DNA of 34,749 nucleotides. Source: Planctomycetota bacterium (GTDB lineage Bacteria > Planctomycetota > Planctomycetia > Pirellulales > Lacipirellulaceae). Each line of letters starts with the position of its first letter. Position 1 is the stretch's first letter. Both the position numbers and the translations under genes were made by a program. The stretch spans positions 1 to 34,749 of the forward strand of contig JBCCXZ010000041.1 in the NCBI GenBank assembly GCA_039190745.1, in the 5' to 3' direction. Shown here piece by piece: positions 17,906 to 28,037 of the stretch. The notes under the pieces are model-generated. The model was not told where the DNA came from. It was given only the letters and a program-made list of their open reading frames with translations, and did no database searches.

Positions 17906-20900
17906 CTACGGCTCCGACTTCTTGAACCAGTTCGTCACACTGAATCGAGACGGCTTCTTCTCGGCGCCCTCCGGCGGCAAAGTCTGCGTGGTCGGCGGCG
18001 GCAGCGTGAGGTCGTACCCACCTGGAGGAGCCGCCGGGGTTGGCCCGAACTCGATCGGCGTCGAGAGTTCGCCCTCCGGGATCACTTCCGGGTAGACCGC
18101 CTCGGCTTCGGCCCCGCCGATCGGGTCGTTGCGGCTACGCAGCCCCGCGGGGCCGTGCAGGTCGACCACGTCCGAGAGGCACCAGCTCATCCGAGCCGAC
18201 TCGACCTGCTTGAGCATCTCGCTCTCAACGCGGCTCTGCACAACGTGGGGCGTCAGGATGATCAGCAGTTCCGTGCGTGCCGTACTGGTTTGGTCGTAGC
18301 GGAACAGGTCGCCCAGCAGCGGGATATCCGCCAGCAGCGGCACCCGACGGTGCAGGTCGAACTCCCGCTTCCGCAGCAAACCGCTCAAGACGACCGTCTG
18401 CCCGCTCACGGCGCTGACCGTGGTCTCGGCGAACGTGCGGCTGATGATCGGGGCGTTGATCGCGTCGCCGTTCGGGGCGATCGAAACCGGTACGCCCTCG
18501 CTCACCGGGCCCAACGAGCTGTTGTCCGCGGTGACGGTCATCACCACCAGCCCGTCGGGGCTGATCCGCGGCGTCACGACTAGGTCGATCCCAACGTCTT
18601 CCAACTCGATGTCGTTCGTACGCGAGCCGCTCGGGTCGATCGCCGTCCCGCGGATGTAGGGGACCGTCTCCCCCACAAACGCCCGGCCCGGCTGGTTGTC
18701 CAGCGCCATGATCTGCGGGCGGCTCAGCACCTCCAGCCGGCTCGACTGCTGCAACGCACGCAGCAGCGTGCTGACGCTGTCGCTGCTGGCTGAGAGAACG
18801 AGGCCGCCGATGCCCAGGTCGGGGCTGATCCGGCCCACGCCGAAGCTAGCCAGCCCTTGTGCGGCCACACGCCCCGCGGTCGCGACCGAGGCGTCGCTCC
18901 CGGAGTTCGGCAGCCCCGTCGCCGGGTTCCCAAACTCAAACCCAGGCGTGTTCTGTGCACCCTGGATCACTTCTTGTGCGATGTTCGTGACGCCGTCGGC
19001 AGTAGTGATGGTCGTGGTGTTGATCGTGGTATCGAGTTCGCTCAGCAAGCTGCGATCGAACAACAGCGAGTCCTGCAGACCCAGCTCGATGCCAAACTCG
19101 TCCGCGTCGCCCAATTCCAGTTCGGCGATCAGGACCTGGATCATCACCATCGGCGCTTGCACGTCGAGCTCCTCGATGATCTGGCGCACCTCCTCGTAGT
19201 AGCGCGGCGTGCTGCTGACGACCAAGCTGTTGCTCGCGATGTCGGCAACCACCACCACCTCACGCTCGATCTGCTGAAACGGGCTCGTCTGCCCCGGCGC
19301 CGTTTCGAGCACCGACCGCTCCGCCTGCAGCCAGTTTTGAAGCACCAGCGCCACTTCCTCGGCCGAGGAGTTGTTGAGTCGGTACACCCGGTTCTGGCGT
19401 TGGCTGGCATCGCTGCCGTCGAGCCGGAGCAGGATCGCCTCGACCACCAACAGCTCGTCGGCCGTGCCCGCGGCGATGATGCTGTTGGTCCGCTCGTCGA
19501 CTTCGAAGCGGAGCTGAAAGAGCTGCTCGTTCTGGTTGTTGCCGCCGCCCTGGCCCTCGCCGGTCCCGAACAGGCCCGAGAGCATCTCCGAGAGCGCAAC
19601 CGCGTCGCCGTTGACGATCGTGAACACCTTCAGCTCGGCAGACGCATCGGGCACGCGGTCGAGTTGGTTGATCAACGCCTCCAGCAGGGCCATGCCCTCG
19701 GCCGGCCCCGTCGCCACCAACGCATTCCCCACGGGGTCGGCGGTGATGCGCGTGTTCGCCAGCACGCCCGACTTGAGCCGCCGCTGCCCCGCAGAATCGA
19801 TCGTCACCAGCTGCAAGAGTGCCGTGAGGCTCTCATTGGGGTCGGTCGAGTCGTCGTCGCCGGTGAGCGCCTCGCGGAGCACCTCCTCCAGCTCGCTGGC
19901 CACAGTGTTCTTGAGCTTGAAGACCCGCAGCTCGTTCACCGCGGCGCTGCCCGGCTGGTCGAGCTCGTCTACCAGTGCCCGTACCTCGAGCATGTCTCGG
20001 GGGCTGGCCCGGACGACCAAGGCATTCGTCCGTTCGTCGGCCACGATCAACGCCTTGGGCTGCAGCGTGGGCACCGACTCGCGGCCGCCCTCCGATTCGA
20101 ACAGCCCCTGCACGATCGGCAGCGCCGCCTCGGCGCGGGCGTGCTCTAGCCGGAACACCTCGAACTGCGTGAGCGACTCGCCCGGTTGGTCGAGCTGCGT
20201 TAGAATCTCCCGCGCTTTCTGCACTGTGCCGCGGAGCCCCACCAGCAGCACCGCGTTGGGTTTAACCAGTGGCACCGCCACGATGCGGCCGTAGCCGTAC
20301 CGCGCGCTGAGCGCCTGGTCGAACAGCGTCTGCACAAGCTCGGCAACCGCCGCCGACTCGACGTGCTGCACCTGGACAATCAGGATGCTCGGCTCGGAGA
20401 TCAGGCTCGCCTGTTCGATTTCTTGGAGCACCTTCTGCACACGGGCCACGTCACGCGGGTTACCCCGGAGCAGCAAGACATCCGAGCCCTCGACGTTGAT
20501 GATCTCCACCGGTCCGAGCAGGCTGCCCAGCGGGTTGTCGGCGTCTTCGCCCGCCGAGGCGTCGGTGCGTTGAGCGGCTAGCCGCCCGCGAGACATCTGG
20601 CTGGCGACCTGCTGAACCTGCGTTGCCGCCCGAGGGTTGGGGGTGAACAGCGCGACGCTTGTGGCGCCGGGAGGCGCGTCGAGCTGCCGAACAATTTCGG
20701 CCCAAGCCTTGACCCGATCGGCCGGGCCGCGGAGCTGCATCTCTCCGGTCGAAGGATTCGCCCACACCGAGACCACGGCCCCGCCGCCGGCGTCGATGGC
20801 GAACCGCACCCACTGGCCCGTAGAATCGCCGTGTTGCGGCATCGCCTTGCCGAGCGCTTGCTCCAAGCGTGCGTGGAGCTGCTGGGCGGTGAGCGTGGTG

Positions 20901-21268
20901 AGGCGAAGGCTTTGAGAGGCCGGCGGGGACTCCGATGGCGGCTTCGTCACGGCAGCCCCGCGGACGTCGACCTGCGGCAGCAACGCCTGCACGGCTGCGT
21001 GCAGCGTGTCCGGACCGAGGACGATCAGGCGGTTGCGCCGCGGGTCGGCGATAATGCTGGCCGCAGACGCCGGGTTTCCGAGCCGCTCAACCAGCGTCGC
21101 CCTCGCGGCGGCGGCGGTCGTTTGCCGCAGTTCGTACGACCGTGTCGTCGACGACTGGGTTGCTGATTGGGCGAGACTGCCCCGCGCACCGATGCACGCA
21201 ACGGCGATAGCCGCTACAGCAAGGAGGCTCTTTGAGCCCCGAGCGCGGACGCTTCGGAAGCAAGGCAT
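17906..21268 (-). CDS. gspD: Large secretin (GspD/PilQ family), 1120 aa
   Basis: Signal peptide, repeated Secretin_N motifs (ADERTNALVV, VDERTNSII, ADIASNSLVV) and a secretin domain (QVLIAE..., VLSRPQI..LDN, GIDL.VTPRI, VPLLADIPLLGDLFR, TELLIILTP). Confidence 0.92.
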   Translation of the reverse strand: MPCFRSVRARGSKSLLAVAAIAVACIGARGSLAQSATQSSTTRSYELRQTTAAAARATLVERLGNPASAASIIADPRRNRLIVLGPDTLHAAVQALLPQVDVRGAAVTKPPSESPPASQSLRLTTLTAQQLHARLEQALGKAMPQHGDSTGQWVRFAIDAGGGAVVSVWANPSTGEMQLRGPADRVKAWAEIVRQLDAPPGATSVALFTPNPRAATQVQQVASQMSRGRLAAQRTDASAGEDADNPLGSLLGPVEIINVEGSDVLLLRGNPRDVARVQKVLQEIEQASLISEPSILIVQVQHVESAAVAELVQTLFDQALSARYGYGRIVAVPLVKPNAVLLVGLRGTVQKAREILTQLDQPGESLTQFEVFRLEHARAEAALPIVQGLFESEGGRESVPTLQPKALIVADERTNALVVRASPRDMLEVRALVDELDQPGSAAVNELRVFKLKNTVASELEEVLREALTGDDDSTDPNESLTALLQLVTIDSAGQRRLKSGVLANTRITADPVGNALVATGPAEGMALLEALINQLDRVPDASAELKVFTIVNGDAVALSEMLSGLFGTGEGQGGGNNQNEQLFQLRFEVDERTNSIIAAGTADELLVVEAILLRLDGSDASQRQNRVYRLNNSSAEEVALVLQNWLQAERSVLETAPGQTSPFQQIEREVVVVADIASNSLVVSSTPRYYEEVRQIIEELDVQAPMVMIQVLIAELELGDADEFGIELGLQDSLLFDRSLLSELDTTINTTTITTADGVTNIAQEVIQGAQNTPGFEFGNPATGLPNSGSDASVATAGRVAAQGLASFGVGRISPDLGIGGLVLSASSDSVSTLLRALQQSSRLEVLSRPQIMALDNQPGRAFVGETVPYIRGTAIDPSGSRTNDIELEDVGIDLVVTPRISPDGLVVMTVTADNSSLGPVSEGVPVSIAPNGDAINAPIISRTFAETTVSAVSGQTVVLSGLLRKREFDLHRRVPLLADIPLLGDLFRYDQTSTARTELLIILTPHVVQSRVESEMLKQVESARMSWCLSDVVDLHGPAGLRSRNDPIGGAEAEAVYPEVIPEGELSTPIEFGPTPAAPPGGYDLTLPPPTTQTLPPEGAEKKPSRFSVTNWFKKSEP

Positions 21269-21424
21269 GACGGCGATTCCCGGGAGCCCGGGCGCAGCGG
21301 TCTACGCGCCCGTACAATCGGTATAATCGTCAAACTCTACCAGGGGCGTGATTGAAACTCGCGGTTTCTAGCTGCTTGCCTCTGACCCGGCCCAAGACGG
21401 GCGAGCCACCCCGAGAATGCACTG

Positions 21425-22354
21425 CTAGCTGCGGTCGGCCTCGATCTCGGCTTCCGAGAGCCGCCTGCCCAGCGAGAGCACACGCTGCCCGCGTCGCGAC
21501 CGTAGGGTCGCACGCCGGCCGTCGACCTCGACTAATCGTCCACGGACGCGGCCGATCTGCACCCGGTCGCCCTCGCGGAAGACCAGCACCTCGCCCGTGT
21601 CTTCGCGGCGGACCGTCATCGACCACCCCCCCCGGCCGTAGGTCATCGCGGTGACGAGCGCTTGGGAGCTCGGGTCGTCTCCGCCCGACGCAACAACGCC
21701 CGCCTCGGCACCGGCCGACTCCGCTTGCGGCCGGTACGGCGCGAACAGCTCGCGGGTCACAATCAGCTCGGCGTCGGAACGGACCGCCTCGCGGTCGATC
21801 TCCACCGATGCTTGCGAGAGCCGGTCCTCGCGGCGGCAGCCATTCAACAGCAGGGCGTCCACGGTCACGCTGGCGCGCAACTCGGAGGGTGTGTCTTTGT
21901 CCGGCGTAAGCGATGCAAACGACACACGGTGCAGGTGCGGGGCCGATTGGAACGCTGCGAAGAAGTCGGTCCAGGCCTTGAGGCTCCCTCTGGCCAAAAC
22001 CGTGAAGGTCAGCTGCCGGTAGTGTTCTCCGGTCGCGTTCGAGGAGGTGTCGTTGATTTCGTCGACCTCGATGCTTGCCCCGGAAAGCTCCGCCTGCAGC
22101 CAGTCTTGGTAGAGCGACCGCGCCACGTCGGCGTCCGTTGGCAGCGAACGCCGGAGCCCGTCGCGCAGGCGCGAGAGGGCCCGCTCGCTCCGGGCCAGCT
22201 CGGTCTTCGCCTCGCCCAGCGATTGTTCGGCTGCGATTTGCCGATCCTCGCTAGCCGCGACCGCCTCCCGGTATCGGCTCAGTCCCTGCGAAGCGCCCCA
22301 CAACAGGAGCAACGCGCCCACCGCGGCCATCAACCGTTTCTCGCGTTGGTTCAC
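21425..22354 (-). CDS. GspM/PilO-like membrane protein with a C-terminal GspC/PilP-like beta domain
   Basis: MNQREKRL plus TM helix, coiled coil, then a ferredoxin-like segment (LTFTVLARGSL..W..F...HLHRV). C-terminus LVTAM..GEVLVFREGDRV..GRLVEV. Located between gspL and gspD. Confidence 0.55.
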   Translation of the reverse strand: MNQREKRLMAAVGALLLLWGASQGLSRYREAVAASEDRQIAAEQSLGEAKTELARSERALSRLRDGLRRSLPTDADVARSLYQDWLQAELSGASIEVDEINDTSSNATGEHYRQLTFTVLARGSLKAWTDFFAAFQSAPHLHRVSFASLTPDKDTPSELRASVTVDALLLNGCRREDRLSQASVEIDREAVRSDAELIVTRELFAPYRPQAESAGAEAGVVASGGDDPSSQALVTAMTYGRGGWSMTVRREDTGEVLVFREGDRVQIGRVRGRLVEVDGRRATLRSRRGQRVLSLGRRLSEAEIEADRS

Positions 22355-23772
22355 GGCCCGACCTCCGGGCCCACCTCAACGGACGAGCTGAACTTCCAAG
22401 GGTAGTCCTCGACCGAGTCATCTTCTTCGATGTCTTCGCGGCGGATCTTAAGCCCTGATTCGCGGATGCGGCTCTCCAGCGGCTGCACCGCTTCGCGTGT
22501 GCGGGCCCGGGCGTCGATGTCAAGCTGCCCGGCACGCAGTTCGATGCCGGTCAGGTAGACATCGCTCGCCGGGTCGAACTCCGCAGCCCGGGGCGCGACG
22601 GGCCGCACCTCGCTGCTTACTGCGGAGAGCGTGTCGAGCACGTCGGCCCCGCCGGCAATCCATTCGCGCACCGCCGCGGCCTGACGGACTTCGTCCTCGA
22701 ACGAGTCGATCGAGCCCTGGATCACCGCCCGCTCGGTGTCTGCGGATGCGGCGGCTTCCAGTGGCGATCGCACCTTTGAATACCCCTGCAGCCCGCCCGC
22801 GACCAGCAGGGCCGCGAGCGCAGCGGCTGCCAGCACCATGGTTCTCCGGCTGCCCCCGTTGGCCTCGGCTCGGCGCGGGTTCAAGAGATCGACCAAGGGC
22901 CGCTTCCCATCGGCTGCGTCCGCCGCTAGCGCTGCCGCCGCGAGCACGCCGCCGGCATCGGAGATCGCGCCCCGCGTCTCAGTCAATTGAACCTCAGAAC
23001 CAACACGATCTGAGACGGCCGCGGCGAGCGTATCGCTCAGGGCGTCTTCTCCGCCCAGCAGTACGATCTCCGCACGGTCGGCGTCGAAAGCCTCGCTCGC
23101 CATGGCGAGCCGCGTCCGCTTGATTTGATTGGCGATGAACGCCGCGGCTTGGTCCGGTGTTTCGAGCCGCGGCGTTTGCAGGCTCCGCAACGCAAGCAGC
23201 CGGCCCTCGTGCGCGGCCCACACCACCGCTTCCTGCTCGCCCAGGGCGATGGCGATCACGTCGCCCGATCGACGGGTCACACCGCACTGTGCGGCCAGGG
23301 CATACCAACCCAACACGCCCGGCACGGCACGCACCGACTTGAACTTCCCCGCTTCAAGCGTCGCTTGGAGCTCTGAAACATACTCGGGGTCGACCGCCGC
23401 GGCGAGCAACTCACGCGGCTGCAGCGGGTCTTGCGTGAGTGGGACAAAGTCGACGCCGTCGCCGGCGTCGTCGCCCGTTGGTTCTCGCTGCAACTGCAGG
23501 CGGAGCATGTCGGGCAGGTCTTCGTCCGGGCTCGGCGGCAGAGAGACGACTTGCCAGTCGACCGCGGCGCTAGGCAGCAACACCACGACGGGCGCCTTCC
23601 CGATCCCCAACCGTTCGGCTTCGTCCGCCAGTTGCCGCCCTCTCTCCGACGGTTTTGACGAACGCCACGAGACCGAGCCCCGCCCCTCGACGGCGTGCCC
23701 CGACAGGTGCGAGCCGACCACGGTCAGCTCGGCCCCTTGATGGTCCAGCCGGATTGCGAGCGCTCTCGCCAC
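22351..23772 (-). CDS. GspL / PilM-PilN-like assembly platform protein
   Basis: Cytoplasmic domain (VVLLP...LPPSPDEDLPDMLRLQ), DLLNPRR, TM helix and periplasmic domain. GTG 23772 follows an AGAGGA RBS (alternative start 23790). Confidence 0.65.
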   Translation of the reverse strand: MARALAIRLDHQGAELTVVGSHLSGHAVEGRGSVSWRSSKPSERGRQLADEAERLGIGKAPVVVLLPSAAVDWQVVSLPPSPDEDLPDMLRLQLQREPTGDDAGDGVDFVPLTQDPLQPRELLAAAVDPEYVSELQATLEAGKFKSVRAVPGVLGWYALAAQCGVTRRSGDVIAIALGEQEAVVWAAHEGRLLALRSLQTPRLETPDQAAAFIANQIKRTRLAMASEAFDADRAEIVLLGGEDALSDTLAAAVSDRVGSEVQLTETRGAISDAGGVLAAAALAADAADGKRPLVDLLNPRRAEANGGSRRTMVLAAAALAALLVAGGLQGYSKVRSPLEAAASADTERAVIQGSIDSFEDEVRQAAAVREWIAGGADVLDTLSAVSSEVRPVAPRAAEFDPASDVYLTGIELRAGQLDIDARARTREAVQPLESRIRESGLKIRREDIEEDDSVEDYPWKFSSSVEVGPEVGP

Positions 23773-23851
23773 GCGGAGTCCTCTGTTCACTTCTTCAGTT
23801 GGAAAGCCGAGTCTTCCATTCTACTCACTCGCCCGCGGTCTGCGCTGAGGC

Positions 23852-25432
23852 CTACTCGGCAGCCTCGCCGAGGTCGAGCGCTGAGAACCCCGGCCCCAAT
23901 GCGGTCAAGTCGCTCCGCTCGACGACCGCCGCGGCGCCCTTATTGCGATCGATGACCAGCTGGAGCCGGCAGACCGGCCGGCCGGCTCCGAAGTAGCCCA
24001 CCGCCTGCGTGCTGTACACGTCGCCGCCGACAGCTAGGAACGGCTCGATCCGCTTCATCGTTTCCAGATCGACGATGCCGTCGGCCAGCAGCCACAGAGG
24101 GCGCTGTCGGTAGTCCGACGGTTCGACCACGGGCTCGCGACGGCTCACGATCTGGTCAGCGGTCTGGCTGTCGATCCCGTCGACCGAGAGCAGCACCGAA
24201 CGGGCCGCTTGGTTCACGTCCACCAACCCGGCCTTCGCGACCGGTTCGCCCAGCGAGAAGGCTTCGAGCACCCGAGGCAGCCTGTCCCGGTAGACAGCGG
24301 CCTCATCTTGCCAGGGCGACTGGACCATGGTTGGTGGCCCGCCGCCGCCACGGCCGCCTCCGCCGCTCCGGCTGCCGCTTGGCCCATCGGCTGTGATCTG
24401 CACCTTGACCCCAACCAAGTCGAGCAGCGAATCGATCGCCCGCGTCGGTTTTTTGTTGAAGTCGACATTGAACGCCCGAGCCTCCTGGGCCGTCGAGCGG
24501 TCCTCGGCCGGCATGGTCGAGCCCTGGCGGTACGCGATGATGAACTTCGCTTCCGCCTCGTCCATCACCGTGGCGAGCTTGTTGTAGATCTGCTGCAAGT
24601 TGTCGCCGTTGAGGTCGGTGAACGTGCCCCCGGCCGGCGGCGAGGGCGTGTTCAGGCTGTGGACCGTCAGGTAGTCGGCGACCCCGCGGTTGTAGAGCCC
24701 CGTCGACGTGTCGTACTCCGCGAGAACACCGCGGGGCGACTCCCCAAGATCGACGCGCAGGTTCCGGTTCGTGTCGAGGCCGTACAGCAATTCCGGCGTC
24801 ACCCCCCGGACGGCCAGCAGTTCGTCGAGCGAGGCGATCGGCCCATTCCGTGGCTCGTAGGGCGGCTGCAGCCCGGCGTAGTAGGACTCCTCGGCCCCCA
24901 GGTTCCGTGCGTTGTTGTCGGGGTCGATCCAGTCGAGGATCGCGTCGGCGATCTCGTCGTTGATCCCCGGGATCGCCGAAAGCCGTTTCCGAGCGGCCGT
25001 TTGTTGCTCGTCGTCGCCGGCGAGCAAGGCGTTGACGTTCAGCTTGGCCGACTCGTTCTGCAGCCCGAAACGCAAAAGGCCCGTCTGCGCGTCGCGGGCG
25101 ACGAGCGAAAACCGCCCCTGCAGCTGCGGGTCGGCGTTGTCGACGACCAGAATTCTCTGGAACTGATCCGGGTTGTCGTAAACGCCGCCCAGATCAAACA
25201 GGTCGTCGTCGCTCAAGGAGAGCAACCCGGTGGCGTAGGCCGCCGCCGAATCGGCCAACATGCGTGCCTGCAACGCCCGGCCGCCGTTGCGGCTGGCACG
25301 CAACTCGTTCTGCATGCCGGTCACGTAGACGCCGGCCGACAGGCTCATGACCGCCACGGCCACGAGCACGATCAGCAGCACCGAGCCCCGAGCGGGGCGG
25401 GGCCGTTCAGTTTCTGCTCGACGAGTTGCCAC
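23852..25432 (-). CDS. gspK: Minor pseudopilin GspK
   Basis: RG-SVLLIVLV prepilin-like helix, ESAKLNVN, IADAILDWID.D..GAE..YY, PRNGP..SLDELL.VRGV and VDVNQA. Start estimated at GTG 25432. Confidence 0.85.
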   Translation of the reverse strand: MATRRAETERPRPARGSVLLIVLVAVAVMSLSAGVYVTGMQNELRASRNGGRALQARMLADSAAAYATGLLSLSDDDLFDLGGVYDNPDQFQRILVVDNADPQLQGRFSLVARDAQTGLLRFGLQNESAKLNVNALLAGDDEQQTAARKRLSAIPGINDEIADAILDWIDPDNNARNLGAEESYYAGLQPPYEPRNGPIASLDELLAVRGVTPELLYGLDTNRNLRVDLGESPRGVLAEYDTSTGLYNRGVADYLTVHSLNTPSPPAGGTFTDLNGDNLQQIYNKLATVMDEAEAKFIIAYRQGSTMPAEDRSTAQEARAFNVDFNKKPTRAIDSLLDLVGVKVQITADGPSGSRSGGGGRGGGGPPTMVQSPWQDEAAVYRDRLPRVLEAFSLGEPVAKAGLVDVNQAARSVLLSVDGIDSQTADQIVSRREPVVEPSDYRQRPLWLLADGIVDLETMKRIEPFLAVGGDVYSTQAVGYFGAGRPVCRLQLVIDRNKGAAAVVERSDLTALGPGFSALDLGEAAE

Positions 25433-26456
25433 CGCCGCCGCCTTGGTTCTGGGGCTGATTGGAAGACCGATTGGAACCCTGCAGCGCATCCTCGGTTTGC
25501 CTTGGTTTGGGGCCATCAGCAATGCGGCCGGCGGCCGCGACCGGCACTTCCAGCCAGACTTGCTGGACAAGCACGTCTTCCGGCCGGACCTGATTGCTGC
25601 CAGTCGCCAGCGGACGAGCTTGCCTCTGCGGTTCCTCGTTGCGTTCGATGAGCACCTTCAGCTCGACCTGCACGGCCGCGGGTAGCCGTTCCTGTTCGGC
25701 CGAGTCCCAAGTCTCTCGCAGTTCTTCGCCGTCGAAGTAGCCGAAGGTCAGCTCCAGCACCTCGGGCGCAAGCAGCTCGGCCTGCTCGGCGCCGGAGTCT
25801 TCTGCCGCCATTAGGGGATCGTCCACCAGCACCGCCGCGTCGGTTGGGCTCCGCCAAACGCAAAGGCCCCCGCAGTCCCCGAGTTGCTCCGGAGCAACCC
25901 CCAGCGAAGCGAACTGCGTCGGCGACAGCTGTCGGCCCTCCCGGTAGAAGTAGGTCACCGACTGCGGCAGGTCTGCCGGCTGCATCGTGAGCAGCGACTC
26001 TTCCCCCAGGAACCGCCGCATCAGCGCGGGCGGCGCGGCACGGTCGATGCGCAGCCGCGTGGCGTCGCCAAACAGCCCGCGGATAACCGCTTCGGAAGAG
26101 CTTCCAAGCGATCCCCCGCCGAAACCGTCGCCCCCGCTACCGCCTTGGTTTTCGCTGCTTGAGGCGACCCCGTTTTCTGTTCCGCTGTTTCCGCCTTGCT
26201 CCCCTTCCTGTGACGAAGCGCCGGAAGAACCCGCCGTCGACGAAAGCCGTACCGCACGCAGGTCTGCGGCGATCTGGTCGACCACCCCTCGCGTCAGCTG
26301 GTTCGCCTCCACCATGCAGCGGCTCTCATCGAACCGCACAAGGTAGAGCTCGATCGCCCTGGCCACCAGCGCGAATACAACGATCGAGATCGCCATCGCG
26401 AGGACGACCTCCAGGAGCGTGAATCCGCGACCGTTGTGTTTGGGAGGCGCTCCCAT
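25407..26456 (-). CDS. gspJ: Minor pseudopilin, GspJ-like
   Basis: RG-FTLLEVVL N-methyl site; QIAADLR; C-terminal F.YFDG..W....LPAAVQV. Confidence 0.75.
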   Translation of the reverse strand: MGAPPKHNGRGFTLLEVVLAMAISIVVFALVARAIELYLVRFDESRCMVEANQLTRGVVDQIAADLRAVRLSSTAGSSGASSQEGEQGGNSGTENGVASSSENQGGSGGDGFGGGSLGSSSEAVIRGLFGDATRLRIDRAAPPALMRRFLGEESLLTMQPADLPQSVTYFYREGRQLSPTQFASLGVAPEQLGDCGGLCVWRSPTDAAVLVDDPLMAAEDSGAEQAELLAPEVLELTFGYFDGEELRETWDSAEQERLPAAVQVELKVLIERNEEPQRQARPLATGSNQVRPEDVLVQQVWLEVPVAAAGRIADGPKPRQTEDALQGSNRSSNQPQNQGGGGGNSSSRN

Positions 26457-26457
26457 C

Positions 26458-26901
26458 CTATCGGGCCCCCTCGCTTGAAGAGCCTTCTGTCGATGGCTCC
26501 GGCGTGTGCATCCAAACCGTCAGTGAGTATGACGCCGGCTGCAGCCGCGCTTCGAGGTCTTGCGCAGCGGTAATCTGCACCGAGTTCAGGTCCTCCACCG
26601 TCCCCTCGATAGGCGTGACCGTCACGCTCACAAGCCAGCCTACCGGGTACTCCGCCTCAAACGGCTCGTCCACCGCGTCGACCAGTTCACGGGCCCCAGA
26701 ACGAAGCTGCGCGAAAACCGTCGACGCGATCAGCTGCGCCCGGGTCTCGGCGATTGCCCGGCGGCTCGAGTCTCCGGCCAGCCGCATGACCTCGCCCAGT
26801 ACGGCCACCGACCCCGCCAGAATCGCCAGAGCGAGGATGACCTCCAGCAGCGTGAACGCCGACCGAGGCGGCTGAACCGGATAAGGTTTGCGGAGCGTCA
26901 A
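26458..26901 (-). CDS. gspI: Minor pseudopilin, GspI-like
   Basis: RSA-FTLLEVILALAILA; 147 aa; located between H and J. Confidence 0.75.
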   Translation of the reverse strand: MTLRKPYPVQPPRSAFTLLEVILALAILAGSVAVLGEVMRLAGDSSRRAIAETRAQLIASTVFAQLRSGARELVDAVDEPFEAEYPVGWLVSVTVTPIEGTVEDLNSVQITAAQDLEARLQPASYSLTVWMHTPEPSTEGSSSEGAR

Positions 26902-27527
26902 GGCGTCGCCTCCTGCCCGCTCCCGGCGAACAAGTCGCCCGCCCGTCCTAGACCCGTCAGCGCCCTCAGGGTGGCCCGTTGCATGACTTGCCGATCGTTG
27001 CTTACGGTGACCGAGGCCGCCGTCGTTGAGCCGTCCGCGAAGAACAGGATCGGCTTCGACCAGCCGCCGCCCGAGGCGGTCTCATTGAGCCGCTCGGCCT
27101 GCGGTTCCGCCGAGTCTGCCGCCATCGGCATGCCCTCGCCCGCGTGGAACACCACCGTTTCGGGAAGCTCGCCTTCGTAGAACCAAGGCGCGTCTTCGAC
27201 GGTGGGGTCGCTAAGCGAGTCGAGTCCCGGGTTCGTTTCACCAGACGCGGCCGACGCCATGTCGTCTGCCGAGACGAGAGAGTCGAGCGGCTCCACGCGG
27301 AACCGCCCGCTGCTGGGCTCAAAACGAAACTGCAGCGTCTCGCCGGTCTCGATCGCCTTCGTCCGCGCGGCGCTCCAAGTCGTAAGAACCATGTCGGTCG
27401 CACGCCGCAGCCGCACGCCGGCGAACCCGCTCGTCGCCAACGGCACCGCGAGCGCCCCGATCACGGTCAACAGGACCAGGACGAGGACGACTTCGAGGAG
27501 CGTGAACGCGCGGGCCTTAGCTTTCAT
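26898..27527 (-). CDS. gspH: Minor pseudopilin, GspH/FimT-like
   Basis: MKAKARA-FTLLEVVLVL, AR..AI and ILFFADGS. ATG 27527 overlaps the gspG end. Confidence 0.8.
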   Translation of the reverse strand: MKAKARAFTLLEVVLVLVLLTVIGALAVPLATSGFAGVRLRRATDMVLTTWSAARTKAIETGETLQFRFEPSSGRFRVEPLDSLVSADDMASAASGETNPGLDSLSDPTVEDAPWFYEGELPETVVFHAGEGMPMAADSAEPQAERLNETASGGGWSKPILFFADGSTTAASVTVSNDRQVMQRATLRALTGLGRAGDLFAGSGQEATP

Positions 27528-27957
27528 CGTCCCAGTTGCCGATGTCGTCTTCGGTCCCGTCCTTACCGTCCGGGCCGTTCGACCAGAAGTCGTACTTGTC
27601 TGCGTTCTTTTTTCCCTCCGCGGCGTACTGATACTCATTGCCCCAAGGGTCGGGTTTCATTTTGTCTATGTACGGCCCCGAGAGCCAAAGCTCCGCCTGG
27701 GCCTTGTCGCTCGGCTCTTCCCACAGGTCCTGCAATTGGCTGGGGTACTTGTTCATGTCCAGCCGGTAGCGGTCGATCGCGCTGCGGACCAACCCCACCT
27801 GGGCCCGGGCCGCGCGGATGTTCGCCGCTTCCTGAGCGCCGCTAAACGTGTTCACCGCCAGCGAGCCGATAATCACCAGGATAATCAGCACCAGCATCAC
27901 CTCGATCAGCGTGAAGCCCCCACGCCGAGTGTTCCTCTTTCGCCCCTTGCTCTGCAT
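27517..27957 (-). CDS. gspG: Major pseudopilin GspG
   Basis: RRGG-FTLIEVMLVL, AIDRYRLD..YP, W.SGPY..DPWGNEYQY and S.GPDG..GTEDDIGNW. Confidence 0.93.
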   Translation of the reverse strand: MQSKGRKRNTRRGGFTLIEVMLVLIILVIIGSLAVNTFSGAQEAANIRAARAQVGLVRSAIDRYRLDMNKYPSQLQDLWEEPSDKAQAELWLSGPYIDKMKPDPWGNEYQYAAEGKKNADKYDFWSNGPDGKDGTEDDIGNWDDES

Positions 27958-28037
27958 CCTCGGTTCCTCCGTTGAAGTCTGAAACTCTTGTCTCTTCCCG
28001 CCCGCGGCCTTGTTCGGCCGCGTGGCTGGCTATTAGT

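Noticed and set aside
23787..23819. Mini-ORF MEDSAFQLKK (minus strand) whose TGA overlaps GTG 23790
   Set aside because: It has no SD. A better gspL start (GTG 23772, AGAGGA RBS) exists, so neither coupling nor a frameshift is needed.
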